This document shows, piece by piece, positions 18,413-28,399 of a stretch of DNA of 64,000 nt. Origin of the DNA: Candidatus Methylomirabilales bacterium (GTDB lineage Bacteria; Methylomirabilota; Methylomirabilia; Methylomirabilales; CSP1-5). Positions within the stretch are counted from its first letter, which is position 1; every line of letters begins with the position of its first letter. The position numbers and the translations under genes are program-made. Location: the NCBI GenBank assembly GCA_046758505.1, contig JBHIAH010000001.1:32001-96000 (forward strand), given 5' to 3'. The notes under the pieces are model-generated. The model worked only from the letters and a program-made list of their open reading frames with translations. It had not been told where the DNA came from and made no database searches.

Positions 18413-19432
18413 ATGGACGTCACAACGGATACGGTGGCGCGTCAGGAAGTTGTCACGGCGCTCTGCCGCCTGGGTCTCCTGGACTCGGGCGAGACGCCGC
18501 CCATGACCGCGCTCCGGGGCGGCGTGTCGTCGGACATCTGGCGTGTGGAACTCCCCCGAGGCCCCGTGTGCGTCAAGCGCGCGCTGCCGCGGCTCAAGGT
18601 CGAGGCGGTGTGGGAGGCGCCGGTAGAGCGTAACGCCTCGGAGTGCGCCTGGATCGAAACAGTCGCCGCGCTCTATCCGGATGCGGTCCCCCAGGTCATC
18701 GCCCACGACGCGGAGGCTGGCTTGTTCGTCATGAGCTATCTCGACCCCGTCGATTATCCGCTGTGGAAACGACGGCTCAGCGAGGGGGATGCCGATACGA
18801 CGTTCGCCCGCCGCGTGGGCGCGACCCTGGCCGGCATCCACCGCGCCACGGCGGGCGATACCGGCCTGGCGGCGCGTTTTTCGACCGACGAGTTCTTTTA
18901 CGCCCTCCGGCTCGAGCCCTACCTTGTCGCCACCGGCCGGCGCCATCCGGATCTTTCGGCGGACCTCCAGACCCTGGTTACCGCCACGGCCGGGGTGAAA
19001 CGTGCCCTGGTGCACGGAGACATCAGCCCCAAGAACATCCTGATCGGGCCCCGCGGGCCGGTGTTTCTCGACGCAGAATGCGCCTGGTACGGCGACCCCG
19101 CCTTCGACCTCGCCTTCTGCCTCAACCACTTTCTTTTGAAATGCCTGTGGACGCCCCACGCCGCACAGCGTTTCCTGGCGTGTTTTACCGCTATGGCCGA
19201 AGTCTATCTTTCCGCCGCCGACTGGGAGCCAACGGCCGAACTCGAGGCGCGAGTCGCCCGGCTCCTCCCCGCCCTCTTCCTCGCCCGCGTTGACGGCAAG
19301 TCGCCGGTCGAGTACCTCACCGGCGAGTGCGACAAGGATCGGGTCCGCCGCGTGGCGCGGCCCCTGATTGCGGCGGCGCCCGGACGGCTTGAATCGGTGC
19401 GTGCCGCCTGGGCGAAGGAAATCGGGCCGTGA
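18413..19432 (+). CDS. Aminoglycoside phosphotransferase/methylthioribose kinase-like phosphotransferase
   Basis: GGVSS P-loop, CVKRAL, HGDISPKNIL, FLDAECAWYGDPAFD. Confidence 0.88.
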   Translation: MDVTTDTVARQEVVTALCRLGLLDSGETPPMTALRGGVSSDIWRVELPRGPVCVKRALPRLKVEAVWEAPVERNASECAWIETVAALYPDAVPQVIAHDAEAGLFVMSYLDPVDYPLWKRRLSEGDADTTFARRVGATLAGIHRATAGDTGLAARFSTDEFFYALRLEPYLVATGRRHPDLSADLQTLVTATAGVKRALVHGDISPKNILIGPRGPVFLDAECAWYGDPAFDLAFCLNHFLLKCLWTPHAAQRFLACFTAMAEVYLSAADWEPTAELEARVARLLPALFLARVDGKSPVEYLTGECDKDRVRRVARPLIAAAPGRLESVRAAWAKEIGP

Positions 19433-20721
19433 CGCAGACCGAGATCGTCGCCCTGACTGGCCGTCGGGTCTGGGATTCGCGGGGCCGACCAACGGTCGAA
19501 GCCGAGGTGCGGCTCGCCGGTGGTGCGACGGGCCGCGCGATTGCCCCTGCCGGTGCATCGACCGGGTCGGGTGAGGCGGTGGACCTGCGGGATGGCGGTC
19601 CGCGCCTCGGCGGCACCGACGTCCGCCGCGCGGTCTCTCACGTGAGCGGCGAGATCGCGACTGCACTCACAGGCCTGGATGCCGCCGACCAGGCGGGCAT
19701 TGACCGCGCCCTTATCGATCTCGACGGCACGCCGAACAAGGGCCGGCTTGGGGGCAACGCCCTCGTCGCCACGTCCATGGCGGTCGCCAACGGCGCGGCG
19801 GCGGCGGCAGGCCAGCCGCTCTGGCGGTACCTCGTGGGCGAGCGTAAGGCGGTCCTGCCCCTCCCGGAAATCCAGATCTTCGGCGGCGGGGCCCATGCCG
19901 GCCGGTCCATGGACATCCAGGACTTCATGGTCGTCGCTCCAGGCGCCGGCAGCTTCGACGAGGCGCTCGCGTGGACCGCCGAGGTCTATCACACGGCGGG
20001 GGCACTCATGGCCGAGGCTGGCCGCTTTTACGGAGTCGCCGACGAGGGCGGCTTTTGGCCCGCCTTTTCCACGAACGGGGAGCCGCTCGAGATGCTCGTC
20101 CGTGCCATCGAGGGCGCCGGCTTTACGCCTGGCGAGGAGGTTGCAATTTCCCTCGACGTTGCCGCCTCAGAGCTCGGCAAGGGCCGACGCTACCGGCTCG
20201 GCCTCGAGAGCCGCGAGCTCGACAGTGACGGCCTCGCGGAGCTCCTCATCGGCTGGCTCCACCGGTATCCCATCGTGTCGATCGAAGACCCGCTGGCCGA
20301 GGACGACGAAGAGGGCTGGGTGCACTTCACCCGGGCGGTCGGCGACCGCGTCCAGATCGTCGGCGACGACCTGCTGGTCACCAGTGCCGGCCGCGTGCGC
20401 CGGGCGGCAGAGCGAGGCGCGGGCAATGCGGCCTTACTCAAGCCCAACCAGGCTGGGACCTTGACCGAGACCCGGATGGCCCACGCCGCGGCCTGCGAGG
20501 CCGGGTGGGGCACCATCCTCTCGGCCCGCTCGGGCGAGAGCGAGGACGTTACCATCGTGCACCTCGCCGTGGGCTGGGGCGTCCGCCAGCTCAAGGTGGG
20601 GGCATTTGCCCGCTCCGAGCGTATGGCCAAGTGGAACGAAGCCCTCCGCATCGAGGAGGCGCTGGGCCCCGCAGCCCGCTTCGCCGGCGGCGACGTCTTT
20701 CGCAGTACGGGTCGAGGCTGA
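19429..20721 (+). CDS. eno: Enolase-family protein (divergent enolase paralogue)
   Basis: DSRGRPTVE, PAGASTG, DEGG, DVAASE, SIEDP, VGDDL, LLKPNQ, SARSGESED, RSERMAKWN; GTGA overlap with the kinase. Confidence 0.88.
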   Translation: MTQTEIVALTGRRVWDSRGRPTVEAEVRLAGGATGRAIAPAGASTGSGEAVDLRDGGPRLGGTDVRRAVSHVSGEIATALTGLDAADQAGIDRALIDLDGTPNKGRLGGNALVATSMAVANGAAAAAGQPLWRYLVGERKAVLPLPEIQIFGGGAHAGRSMDIQDFMVVAPGAGSFDEALAWTAEVYHTAGALMAEAGRFYGVADEGGFWPAFSTNGEPLEMLVRAIEGAGFTPGEEVAISLDVAASELGKGRRYRLGLESRELDSDGLAELLIGWLHRYPIVSIEDPLAEDDEEGWVHFTRAVGDRVQIVGDDLLVTSAGRVRRAAERGAGNAALLKPNQAGTLTETRMAHAAACEAGWGTILSARSGESEDVTIVHLAVGWGVRQLKVGAFARSERMAKWNEALRIEEALGPAARFAGGDVFRSTGRG

Positions 20722-20814
20722 AGAACGGCACCCCTATCCGACCCGCGCCACGGCAGGGCCCGAATCAGGGAGAACGGAGGTGGGCACGGGACGAGGGGAG
20801 CAGAAAGAGAAACG

Positions 20815-21243
20815 ATGAGTGAGTCGAGATTCTATCCGGCATCCGCACATCGCATGGGGGAGCTGGCCGAGCATCTCCGGGAGAAGTACGCGCTGGCCGG
20901 CTACGAAGTACAGGTCCTCCACGTCACGGAACGCGACAGAGGCCTGATCTTTCAGATGAGGCAGAAGTACAATGCGGACTGGAAAAAGGCTGCATCGCAA
21001 CTGACCGGCCTGGATACCGCCGCGACCGTCACGATAAGGAGCGATGGGGAGGGTCTCAGTGTCGAGGTGGGAGGCGGAAAGTGGCTGGACAAGGCCGCCG
21101 TGGCCGGATTTGCAACCTTCGTGACCCTCGGGGTGTTGATTATCCCGGCGGGCATCGGTGCCTGGAAACAGCGCCGGCTCCTGAGCGATCTTGTGGTCGA
21201 GATCGACAACTTTATCAAGCGAAAGACACAGACGGAAGGGTGA
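20815..21243 (+). CDS. Hypothetical membrane-associated protein
   Basis: 142-aa ORF with a C-terminal hydrophobic hairpin. Confidence 0.7.
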   Translation: MSESRFYPASAHRMGELAEHLREKYALAGYEVQVLHVTERDRGLIFQMRQKYNADWKKAASQLTGLDTAATVTIRSDGEGLSVEVGGGKWLDKAAVAGFATFVTLGVLIIPAGIGAWKQRRLLSDLVVEIDNFIKRKTQTEG

Positions 21244-21332
21244 TCCGTGCCCGCACCCGCAGCTCCTGCGCGCCCGCCCCGGTTGGTCCACGCAGGGCTC
21301 TCGCGTCGCCCGGATCGATGGCGGGCCGCACC

Positions 21333-21836
21333 TCACTCGCCCAGTTCGCGGTCCAGGATCTCGTGCAGGAACCGATCAATAGAGACGGGATAAAACTTCA
21401 CGTCTGGTGAGAGGATCAGGCCGGTGTCCAGGATCTCGCCCCGCGCCAATTCGTCGAGGATTCGCTCGATGCGGGCCTCGGGGTCCCCCTCGGCGGGGCG
21501 GATGGTGAGTTCCTCGCTCTCGAGGACCGCGTGCCGGCGGGCGGCATAGCGAAAGGCGAAGAGACGCCCGACGAGCGTCCGATCCATGATCTCGGACTCG
21601 CCGAACACTTCGCCGTAGGTCTGGCCGCCGCTCTCCGGTCGGATCACCAGGCGGGGGGAAACCCGGATCTTCCCCCGGACCTCGACGGCCCGGCGTTCCA
21701 TTTCGACGTCCGGCCCCACCAGGATGTACGGGAGCACGTGATAGCCGACCACGATGTTGCTAATGGGCCTCCGCAGGACCCGTGTCTGCTCGAAGATGCC
21801 GCGGAGGAACATCGGGTCATATCGGCGATCGAACAT
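21333..21836 (-). CDS. Hypothetical protein
   Basis: Coding-like portion starts MFDRRYDPMF at 21836; the upstream extension in the ORF track looks non-coding. Confidence 0.65.
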   Translation of the reverse strand: MFDRRYDPMFLRGIFEQTRVLRRPISNIVVGYHVLPYILVGPDVEMERRAVEVRGKIRVSPRLVIRPESGGQTYGEVFGESEIMDRTLVGRLFAFRYAARRHAVLESEELTIRPAEGDPEARIERILDELARGEILDTGLILSPDVKFYPVSIDRFLHEILDRELGE

Positions 21837-22243
21837 AGGAATCCCCGATCCAAGGCCGGGAGCCCACAGCTTACGGGCCCCGAGCGGGATGTTTCTCCGG
21901 CGCAGCATGGAAACCTGCACCCTTGTGGTGACCAACTGCTCGAGCAGAGAGCAATTCCAACCCATTATCCACATCTTGTAGAAGCACGTCAAGGCGGACG
22001 GGGGTCCGAATGACTTTGCCTGCCGCCAAGCCACCCACACCTGAAGCCATCGCCCCACCGGACTATATACCCCCGTTGGCAAGATACCACGCGAGGGTGC
22101 ACACTCCGCCCATCCGGGATCATTGATCAGACGGAGGAATCGAGGGTGGGCACCCTTTCGAGCGGTCCAATTTAGGCCCAAGAATTGCAAAGTTTGCCAC
22201 TGGTATGGAGATCTTTCCTTTTAGATAGGCAGCATGCCCGAGA

Positions 22244-22501
22244 ATGGACCGGTTTACGTCCAACGAAGAGTTCTTTTCGCTCGTCGGCCAAGTCGCTGAT
22301 CGCTTGCGAGCCGAAGGCCTCACAGCGGAAGCAAACTCTCTTCACCGAATCCTTCACGAAACAGCACGGACGACCTCCTCCGAACTGTTCGGTGAGCTCG
22401 GCCTTGCCATTCTTGGTGCCCAACGGAGGGCCGGAGCCTCGGTCTCGCCACAATCAGCCAAAGACATCGAGCAATGCGTTGTCGTATTCCGAGAGGTATA
22501 G
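22244..22501 (+). CDS. Small hypothetical helical protein
   Basis: 85-aa ORF, first of a co-oriented run. Confidence 0.45.
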   Translation: MDRFTSNEEFFSLVGQVADRLRAEGLTAEANSLHRILHETARTTSSELFGELGLAILGAQRRAGASVSPQSAKDIEQCVVVFREV

Positions 22502-22518
22502 CCCACACTCGAAGGGTG

Positions 22519-22995
22519 ATGGGGATGCAACGGAGGGTGCCGAGCCTGTCGCTTGTCGCATTGGTCGGAGCGCTCCTGGTGGCCTCTAATCCGACGGGGC
22601 CACCGAAGCTTTCTCCCTACACGAGGTCCGTGTTTCAGCCCGGCCAGGTCTGGACCTATAAGACCCGGCCCGGTGAAGAGGGGTCTCGGATCATCATCGG
22701 GCGGGTCGAGTCCGCACCAATCATCGGAACGATCGTCCACATCAAGGTTGTCGGGGTAGCGGTCAAGAACCCACGATCCCCAAAGGGTGTGAGCACCGAA
22801 ATCTCCCACATTCCCATGACGGAGGAGGCACTGGCGGATTCCGTGCGAGAGCGCGTACAGGAGGAACTCAGCCTGGAGGGGTTCGAGGAGGGATATGCGG
22901 CCTGGCGAGAGTCGTGGGATCAAGGAAGGGGGGCTGCATTCTCTGACCCGGTTGCAGACGTCATCGGACTCGTCGAACAGACCTTGAACCGATAG
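22519..22995 (+). CDS. Exported hypothetical protein
   Basis: Hydrophobic N-terminus; GQVWTYKTRPGEE, ISHIPM, FEEGYAAWRE. Confidence 0.7.
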   Translation: MGMQRRVPSLSLVALVGALLVASNPTGPPKLSPYTRSVFQPGQVWTYKTRPGEEGSRIIIGRVESAPIIGTIVHIKVVGVAVKNPRSPKGVSTEISHIPMTEEALADSVRERVQEELSLEGFEEGYAAWRESWDQGRGAAFSDPVADVIGLVEQTLNR

Positions 22996-23028
22996 GTACC
23001 CTTCGACCGCACATGAGAGGAGGTAGCC

Positions 23029-23457
23029 ATGAAGATAAGAGGTATTACACTCGTCACTCTATGTGTATTGTTTAGTTTTGTCCTGTGCCAGGCAGCGGTG
23101 GCAGACCAGGCCGCCGAGAAGGCGGCCTTTCGCGCTGCCAATGCATGGTTAGCCTTGGTCGACAGCGGTAACTATTCGAAGAGCTGGGAGGCTGCCGCCG
23201 CGTATTTCAAGGCGGCGGTGACGAAGGAGCAGTGGCAGGCCTCCATGATGGCTGCGCGAAAGCCACTAGGAAAGGCCCACTATCGGACGCTCAAGTATAA
23301 GAAATACACCACCACTCTCGCCGGTGCGCCGGATGGGGAATACGTCGTGATTCAGTTCGCGACATCCTTCCAAAACAAGAAATCCGCCATAGAAACCATC
23401 ACACCGATGCGCGACAAGGATGGGAAATGGCGAGTCGCCGGCTACTATATAAGATGA
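23029..23457 (+). CDS. DUF4019-like exported protein
   Basis: Strong RBS GAGGAGG; signal peptide; WLALVDSGNYSKSW, GAPDGEYVVIQFATSF, GKWRVAGYYI. Confidence 0.85.
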   Translation: MKIRGITLVTLCVLFSFVLCQAAVADQAAEKAAFRAANAWLALVDSGNYSKSWEAAAAYFKAAVTKEQWQASMMAARKPLGKAHYRTLKYKKYTTTLAGAPDGEYVVIQFATSFQNKKSAIETITPMRDKDGKWRVAGYYIR

Positions 23458-24008
23458 CCATGCATCAAAACTTAAGGATCGTATTCGCAATATGCGTCCT
23501 CGGTGCGTCTGGCTGTGCAGGTGAGCCCGGCTGGACCAAGGTGCCTCAGGGTGCCGAGATGCTCTTTTGGGAATGGCAGTCGTGGGAAACCGGTGGAGGC
23601 CGACACAGATTAACCCTGTGGAAAGATGGCCGCTCGCAGATCATGGTGGTGCCAGATGCCTACACTCGTGGCCAGCCCGAGAGGTACCAGCCCCGTCAGG
23701 GATGGAAAATGGTCGAAGGGACTGGCGGGGTATTCTTTGTCCGGGAACCGGCATTTCCAGAAGATGCCGCGAGGGACAAGTTTCTGAAGGCCTTCGAGGC
23801 AGGGATTCATCTTCTCGAGACGTTCCGACCCGATTATGTGGATGGCAGCGGGACTCTGGTAGGGATACAGATCGATGGCAAGCTCAAGGAAACCGTCATT
23901 CCCATGTTTAGTGACAAGAATAAGGGGACGCGGAACCACAAGCGATTCCTCGCCGTCTCCACTATCCTCGCTAATTTCGACGCCGCCGCCTACGATTTGT
24001 CAAAGTAG
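23454..24008 (+). CDS. Hypothetical lipoprotein
   Basis: ATGA overlap with the preceding gene; lipobox-like ASGC. Confidence 0.65.
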   Translation: MTMHQNLRIVFAICVLGASGCAGEPGWTKVPQGAEMLFWEWQSWETGGGRHRLTLWKDGRSQIMVVPDAYTRGQPERYQPRQGWKMVEGTGGVFFVREPAFPEDAARDKFLKAFEAGIHLLETFRPDYVDGSGTLVGIQIDGKLKETVIPMFSDKNKGTRNHKRFLAVSTILANFDAAAYDLSK

Positions 24009-24231
24009 GGACTTCGGGTAGCGCATTATGTCCTGGTACGGTATTCTATGGTCATGCATCCTTGAAATGAGTAATGTGAGAAGGTCGCTTTAGCTCTCCC
24101 TACTGAACGCCACCACCGAATCACCCACTCTCTACCAAGGCGCTTTGCAATATTGGGCAACGATGGTAGCCTAGTTTTCACGAGTGGGTTCCTGCCTTCC
24201 CCGGTACTAGATTGGTAGAAGAGAGAGTGAT

Positions 24232-25095
24232 ATGGCAAGCACAGCCAAAACCATGGCGGGCAAGACCTGTATGGTGACCGGGGCCAATGCCGGGATTGGG
24301 AAAGCGACTGCCCTGGGGCTGGCGCAGATGGGCGCGACTGTAGTCATGGTCTGCCGGAGCCGCGAGCGGGGCGAGGCGGCCCTGGCCGAGATCACGCGCG
24401 AGAGCGGGAACGACGCGGTCTCGTTGCTGCTCGCCGATCTCTCTTCGCTAGCCGCAATTCGCCATCTCGCCGAAGCGTTTAAGGCCAAATACCCCACCCT
24501 GCACGTCCTGATCAACAACGCAGGGATCATCCCAAGGAAACGCACCGTCACCGTGGATGGTCTCGAGACCCAGTTCGCCGTCAATCACCTTGCCTATTTC
24601 CTCCTGACGAATCTGCTCCTTGACCGGCTCAAGGCCAGCGCCCCAGCCCGGATTGTCAACGTCAGCTCCCAAGTCCACAACGGCGCTTCCATCGACTTTG
24701 GGGACCTGCAATCCGAGCAATCCTACCGCCCCACCCGTGTCTATGCGTGGACGAAGCTCGCCAATGTGCTGTTCACCTACGAACTGGCCCGCAAGCTCGA
24801 AGGAACCGGGCTGACCGCCAACTGCCTGCACCCCGGCTCTGTCGCGACCAACCTGCTGGCTGATTATCTGCCGGGTCCGCTTGGATTCATAACAAAGATC
24901 GTCGGTGTGAGCCCCGAAAAAGGCGCGCGAACGTCCCTCTACCTGGCGACTTCGGCAGAGGTGGAAGGAGTCACCGGAAAGTATTTCGTGAACCAACAAG
25001 AAGCTCAGTCCTCGAATCTGTCATATGATAAGAGTCTTGCCAGCCGACTGTGGCAGGTGAGCGCCGAGCTGACCGGATTGCCCGTATCCGCCTAG
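24232..25095 (+). CDS. Short-chain dehydrogenase/reductase (retinol dehydrogenase-like)
   Basis: TGANAGIG, NNAG, NHLAYF, YAWTK, HPG. Confidence 0.93.
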   Translation: MASTAKTMAGKTCMVTGANAGIGKATALGLAQMGATVVMVCRSRERGEAALAEITRESGNDAVSLLLADLSSLAAIRHLAEAFKAKYPTLHVLINNAGIIPRKRTVTVDGLETQFAVNHLAYFLLTNLLLDRLKASAPARIVNVSSQVHNGASIDFGDLQSEQSYRPTRVYAWTKLANVLFTYELARKLEGTGLTANCLHPGSVATNLLADYLPGPLGFITKIVGVSPEKGARTSLYLATSAEVEGVTGKYFVNQQEAQSSNLSYDKSLASRLWQVSAELTGLPVSA

Positions 25096-25269
25096 CCAAA
25101 GATGTCCGTTCCTCAGATCCAAGTGCGCAAGGATGGGATGCTCTCCGCTTTAATTGATTCCTCGTGAAGGTCCTTGACACGGTCAGCAGACATAAAGGAT
25201 GATCCTCAGTGGGGCCCGGCGTGTCTGGTTCGGCCCCCGAGAGACACACCTTTTCGTGGAGGGAAAGAG

Positions 25270-25758
25270 ATGGCGAAATCGGCCAAGCCGATTCCCGATG
25301 GTTTTCGTTCGGTGACGCCGCACCTGATCGTCCGGAACGCGGGTGAGGCGATCGCGTTCTACAAGCAGGCCTTCGGAGCCCAGGACATTTCCCGCATGCC
25401 CAGCCCGGATGGAAAATTGCTACACGCCGAAATCAGGATCGGCGACTCTATCCTCATGCTCTGCGACGAGTTTCCCGCGTGGAACTGTCTGGGGCCCCAA
25501 TCGCTCGGGGGTTCCCCCGTGGGCATTCACATATACGTCCGGGATGCCGATGCTTTTTTTACACAGGCCGTGGCGGCCGGGCCTGCTGTCAAGATGCCCC
25601 TCGAGGAGGCGTTCTGGGGAGACCGGTTCGGAAAGGTCACAGATCCCTTCGGCCACGAGTGGTCCATAGCCACCCGCACGCGGGACCTCACCCCCGAGGA
25701 GATTGAGAAAGGCGCTGAAGCCTATTTTTCCTCGCCCCCGGGCGGCCAGACACAGTAA
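25270..25758 (+). CDS. VOC family (PhnB-like glyoxalase) protein
   Basis: VTPHLIV..AIAFYKQAFGA, HAEIRIGDS, FWGDRFG.VTDPFGHEW. Confidence 0.92.
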   Translation: MAKSAKPIPDGFRSVTPHLIVRNAGEAIAFYKQAFGAQDISRMPSPDGKLLHAEIRIGDSILMLCDEFPAWNCLGPQSLGGSPVGIHIYVRDADAFFTQAVAAGPAVKMPLEEAFWGDRFGKVTDPFGHEWSIATRTRDLTPEEIEKGAEAYFSSPPGGQTQ

Positions 25759-25868
25759 TGTCCCCACCCCGCCTTCCACCCGACCGACCTCGCCGGCTCC
25801 TGAACGCCAAAGCTTGGTGGCAGACACAAGCATTCCGTGACCTCTTCTAGCAGTGAAGTGGGGATGTA

Positions 25869-26726
25869 ATGAAACTGAAGAGAAGCGCCAACGCGGCGAG
25901 AGAGCACATCAACGAAATGATCGTCTCGGGTACCATCCTGCTCGATACAGTCACCAGTGAGTACCTCGCCGCAAAGGACTCCGGGGCGTTCGCTGAAAAA
26001 GAGCATATACCGCGATGGCAAGACCAATATATCGATTGGTTCCACAAGTGTTTGGCTGTTCTGCAAGAGGTTTTTCCCACCCCCGTCGAAGCCATCCGCG
26101 TCAAGAACGCCCAACCAGCCTCATCGTTTAAAAGCGGTGCCAACATCAAATGGAGCGGTTTGACCAATGACATAAAAGCCAAGCTGGCTGCGCTGGAGTC
26201 CGTCATCAACGCCGTCAAGGACTACTCGGTGGAAATGACAGAAGAGTTGTTCATTGAAGATATTGATTCCTTTGCAAAAGCACGGGATATCAATTCACGA
26301 CAGGCAAAGCGATTCCTGCCGCTGGACCTCTCGAGAGACCAAATACGAACCTTCCTCGAGGAAATAACCGGAGAGCCTTTCGACCAACCGGACGGAGATG
26401 CCGAGACGAAAGATGCAATTACCTCACACGTGAATGTGGGGGTAGAACGGCTGCGAGCCGCTTTCCTGCTGAAAGGCCGGGGAACGAAGGGAAAGCTGAC
26501 CGTCAAGAAATGCGGGAAGACTGGCGATCAGATCGCGAGGCTCGTCGAGGCCGCTGCCGACCTCTACACGATCGTCCACGTGAATGACATTGATGAAGGA
26601 GTCATACAGAATTTAAAGGGCAAGGTCCGCTCACTGAACGATCAAGGAAAGACCTGCCGGATGTGCATCATCGACGGCACGGACATCGCCCGGATCCTGC
26701 TGGCATACGGCAAGATCCCGCAGTAG
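25869..26726 (+). CDS. Hypothetical protein with a possible nuclease-fold C-terminal domain
   Basis: 285-aa, lower-GC ORF; C-terminal ...D..TS...AAFLLKG...CGKTGDQI.RL...IIDGTDIARIL. Confidence 0.7.
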   Translation: MKLKRSANAAREHINEMIVSGTILLDTVTSEYLAAKDSGAFAEKEHIPRWQDQYIDWFHKCLAVLQEVFPTPVEAIRVKNAQPASSFKSGANIKWSGLTNDIKAKLAALESVINAVKDYSVEMTEELFIEDIDSFAKARDINSRQAKRFLPLDLSRDQIRTFLEEITGEPFDQPDGDAETKDAITSHVNVGVERLRAAFLLKGRGTKGKLTVKKCGKTGDQIARLVEAAADLYTIVHVNDIDEGVIQNLKGKVRSLNDQGKTCRMCIIDGTDIARILLAYGKIPQ

Positions 26727-27140
26727 TACGTCACTTTGAAATGCCTCATCGCGCGCAAGCCATCTTTGCTTCCGACAATTCCGAGGTGGGTACAAAGGCG
26801 CTTCACCCTCTGTTTACGACGGCGTACTGCGTATGCCGCCGTGCGCCGCCGTTCGACACCTGCGATGAGACGTTTCATAGCACGTACATCGGCCAGCTAC
26901 GCGAGCCTCGCACTCGTCGTATCGGTTCCCCTCCCCGGATCTGGGAGGACACGAGGCTGCGGGAGCAACATGAAGAGTGGATCAGCCGATATTCGTGAAA
27001 GCCCGCTCACCTCGGGTTCGAGCTCACGGCCTCGAATCCGCTGAAAGGAGGGGGGATTGGCCGGCACGGAGAGACGATCGGCCAGGTTGAGATCGTCGAA
27101 GGGATACATAGCGGACGCCGCCACAAGGACGGAAGCCAAA

Positions 27141-28394
27141 ATGTCCCAACCCCGCGGGAAGCGAGAATTTTCTTACGGCTGGGTGGTCGTGTTTGCAGGC
27201 ATGATCATCACGCTGGTCATTTACGGCATCATCGCCTCCCTCGCCGTCTTCTTCAAGCCGTTGGTCCAGAGCTTTCAGTGGAGCCGAGCCCAGACCTCAC
27301 TCATCTGGGCGGGCAACTGGGTGACGTTTGGCGTGCTCAGTTTGGTCATCGGGCCGCTCACCGATCGTTTTGGCGCCCGGAGAACGATGCTGGCCGGGGG
27401 ATGCATCTTTAGTCTGGGAATCCTTCTCAGCAGCCAGGCAACCTCTCTCTGGCACCTCTTCTTTCTCTTCGGCATGCTCGGGAGTGCGGGTCGAGCAGCC
27501 ACGTGGACCCCGCTGGTGGCCACCGTCACGCGGTGGTTCGAGCGGCGGCGAGGCCTGGCCCTGGGACTCGCCCAGTCCTACCAGCTCGGAGCGCTCGCCC
27601 TTGCTCCGTTGACTGCCTGGCTGGTAACCGCCTATGGGTGGCAGCGGGCCTTCACCCTGCTGGGTATGCTGGCGCTGGTGACGATCGTGCCCCTCACGTT
27701 TTTCATTCGCGAACCCCCAGGAAGTGCTGCGTCTCTGCTCCAGGGAAACGTGGCAGCCGGTCAATCCGACGACTTCTCTCTCCGCCAGGCTTTGGGCACC
27801 CGAGCCTTCTGGTCGATGAAACTCATGGTGCTGGGCTGCTGCGTCTGCCACTCCTTCCTTCTCCTCCACCTCGTGAACCACCTGACCGATCAGGGAATCG
27901 CAATCACCCGCGCGGCGGCCATCTTTGGGACGATGGCCGCCGCCGGCGCGCTCGGCAAGATCGCAAACGGCATCTGTGCCGACCGCTTCGGCGCCAAGCC
28001 CGCCATCGCCGCTTTTCTCTTCGTCCAGGGCTTGGGAGTCTTGCTGTTCCTGCACCCCGATCAGGCCTGGCTCCTGTACCCCGGGGCAGTCGTCTGGGGC
28101 ATGGCCCAGGGGGGACCAATGACCTGCTACCCGATGCTCTACCGGGAATATTTCGGGAAGCGCCACCTGGCGACCCTGATGAGCGGTTTCTATGCCATGG
28201 CGGGCCTGGGCATGGCGTTGGGGGGCTTGCTCGGCGGGATACTTTTCGATGCCACGAACGGCTACCATGTCTCCTTCCTCATCAGCCTGATCGGGGGTCT
28301 CGGAGCGGCCCTCATCGCCACGACTCTGCAGCCGCCCGATGGGCTCCTGGCGGCAGAGGCGAGGGGGATCGAGGAGAGCCCCGCGCCAGCGTAG
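27141..28394 (+). CDS. MFS transporter (monocarboxylate/OFA-like)
   Basis: 12 TM helices, GPLTDRFGAR, WFERRRGLALG, GICADRFG, GGILFD. Confidence 0.92.
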   Translation: MSQPRGKREFSYGWVVVFAGMIITLVIYGIIASLAVFFKPLVQSFQWSRAQTSLIWAGNWVTFGVLSLVIGPLTDRFGARRTMLAGGCIFSLGILLSSQATSLWHLFFLFGMLGSAGRAATWTPLVATVTRWFERRRGLALGLAQSYQLGALALAPLTAWLVTAYGWQRAFTLLGMLALVTIVPLTFFIREPPGSAASLLQGNVAAGQSDDFSLRQALGTRAFWSMKLMVLGCCVCHSFLLLHLVNHLTDQGIAITRAAAIFGTMAAAGALGKIANGICADRFGAKPAIAAFLFVQGLGVLLFLHPDQAWLLYPGAVVWGMAQGGPMTCYPMLYREYFGKRHLATLMSGFYAMAGLGMALGGLLGGILFDATNGYHVSFLISLIGGLGAALIATTLQPPDGLLAAEARGIEESPAPA

Positions 28395-28399
28395 TTGAA

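Noticed and set aside
22200..26800. Integron cassette array
   Set aside because: No repeated attC-like RYYYAAC...GTTRRRY structures and no intI were recognised.
27503..28399. N-terminal half of the 609-aa ORF 27503..29332
   Set aside because: Alternate-frame shadow of the MFS gene; the lipase starts at 28400 with a signal peptide.
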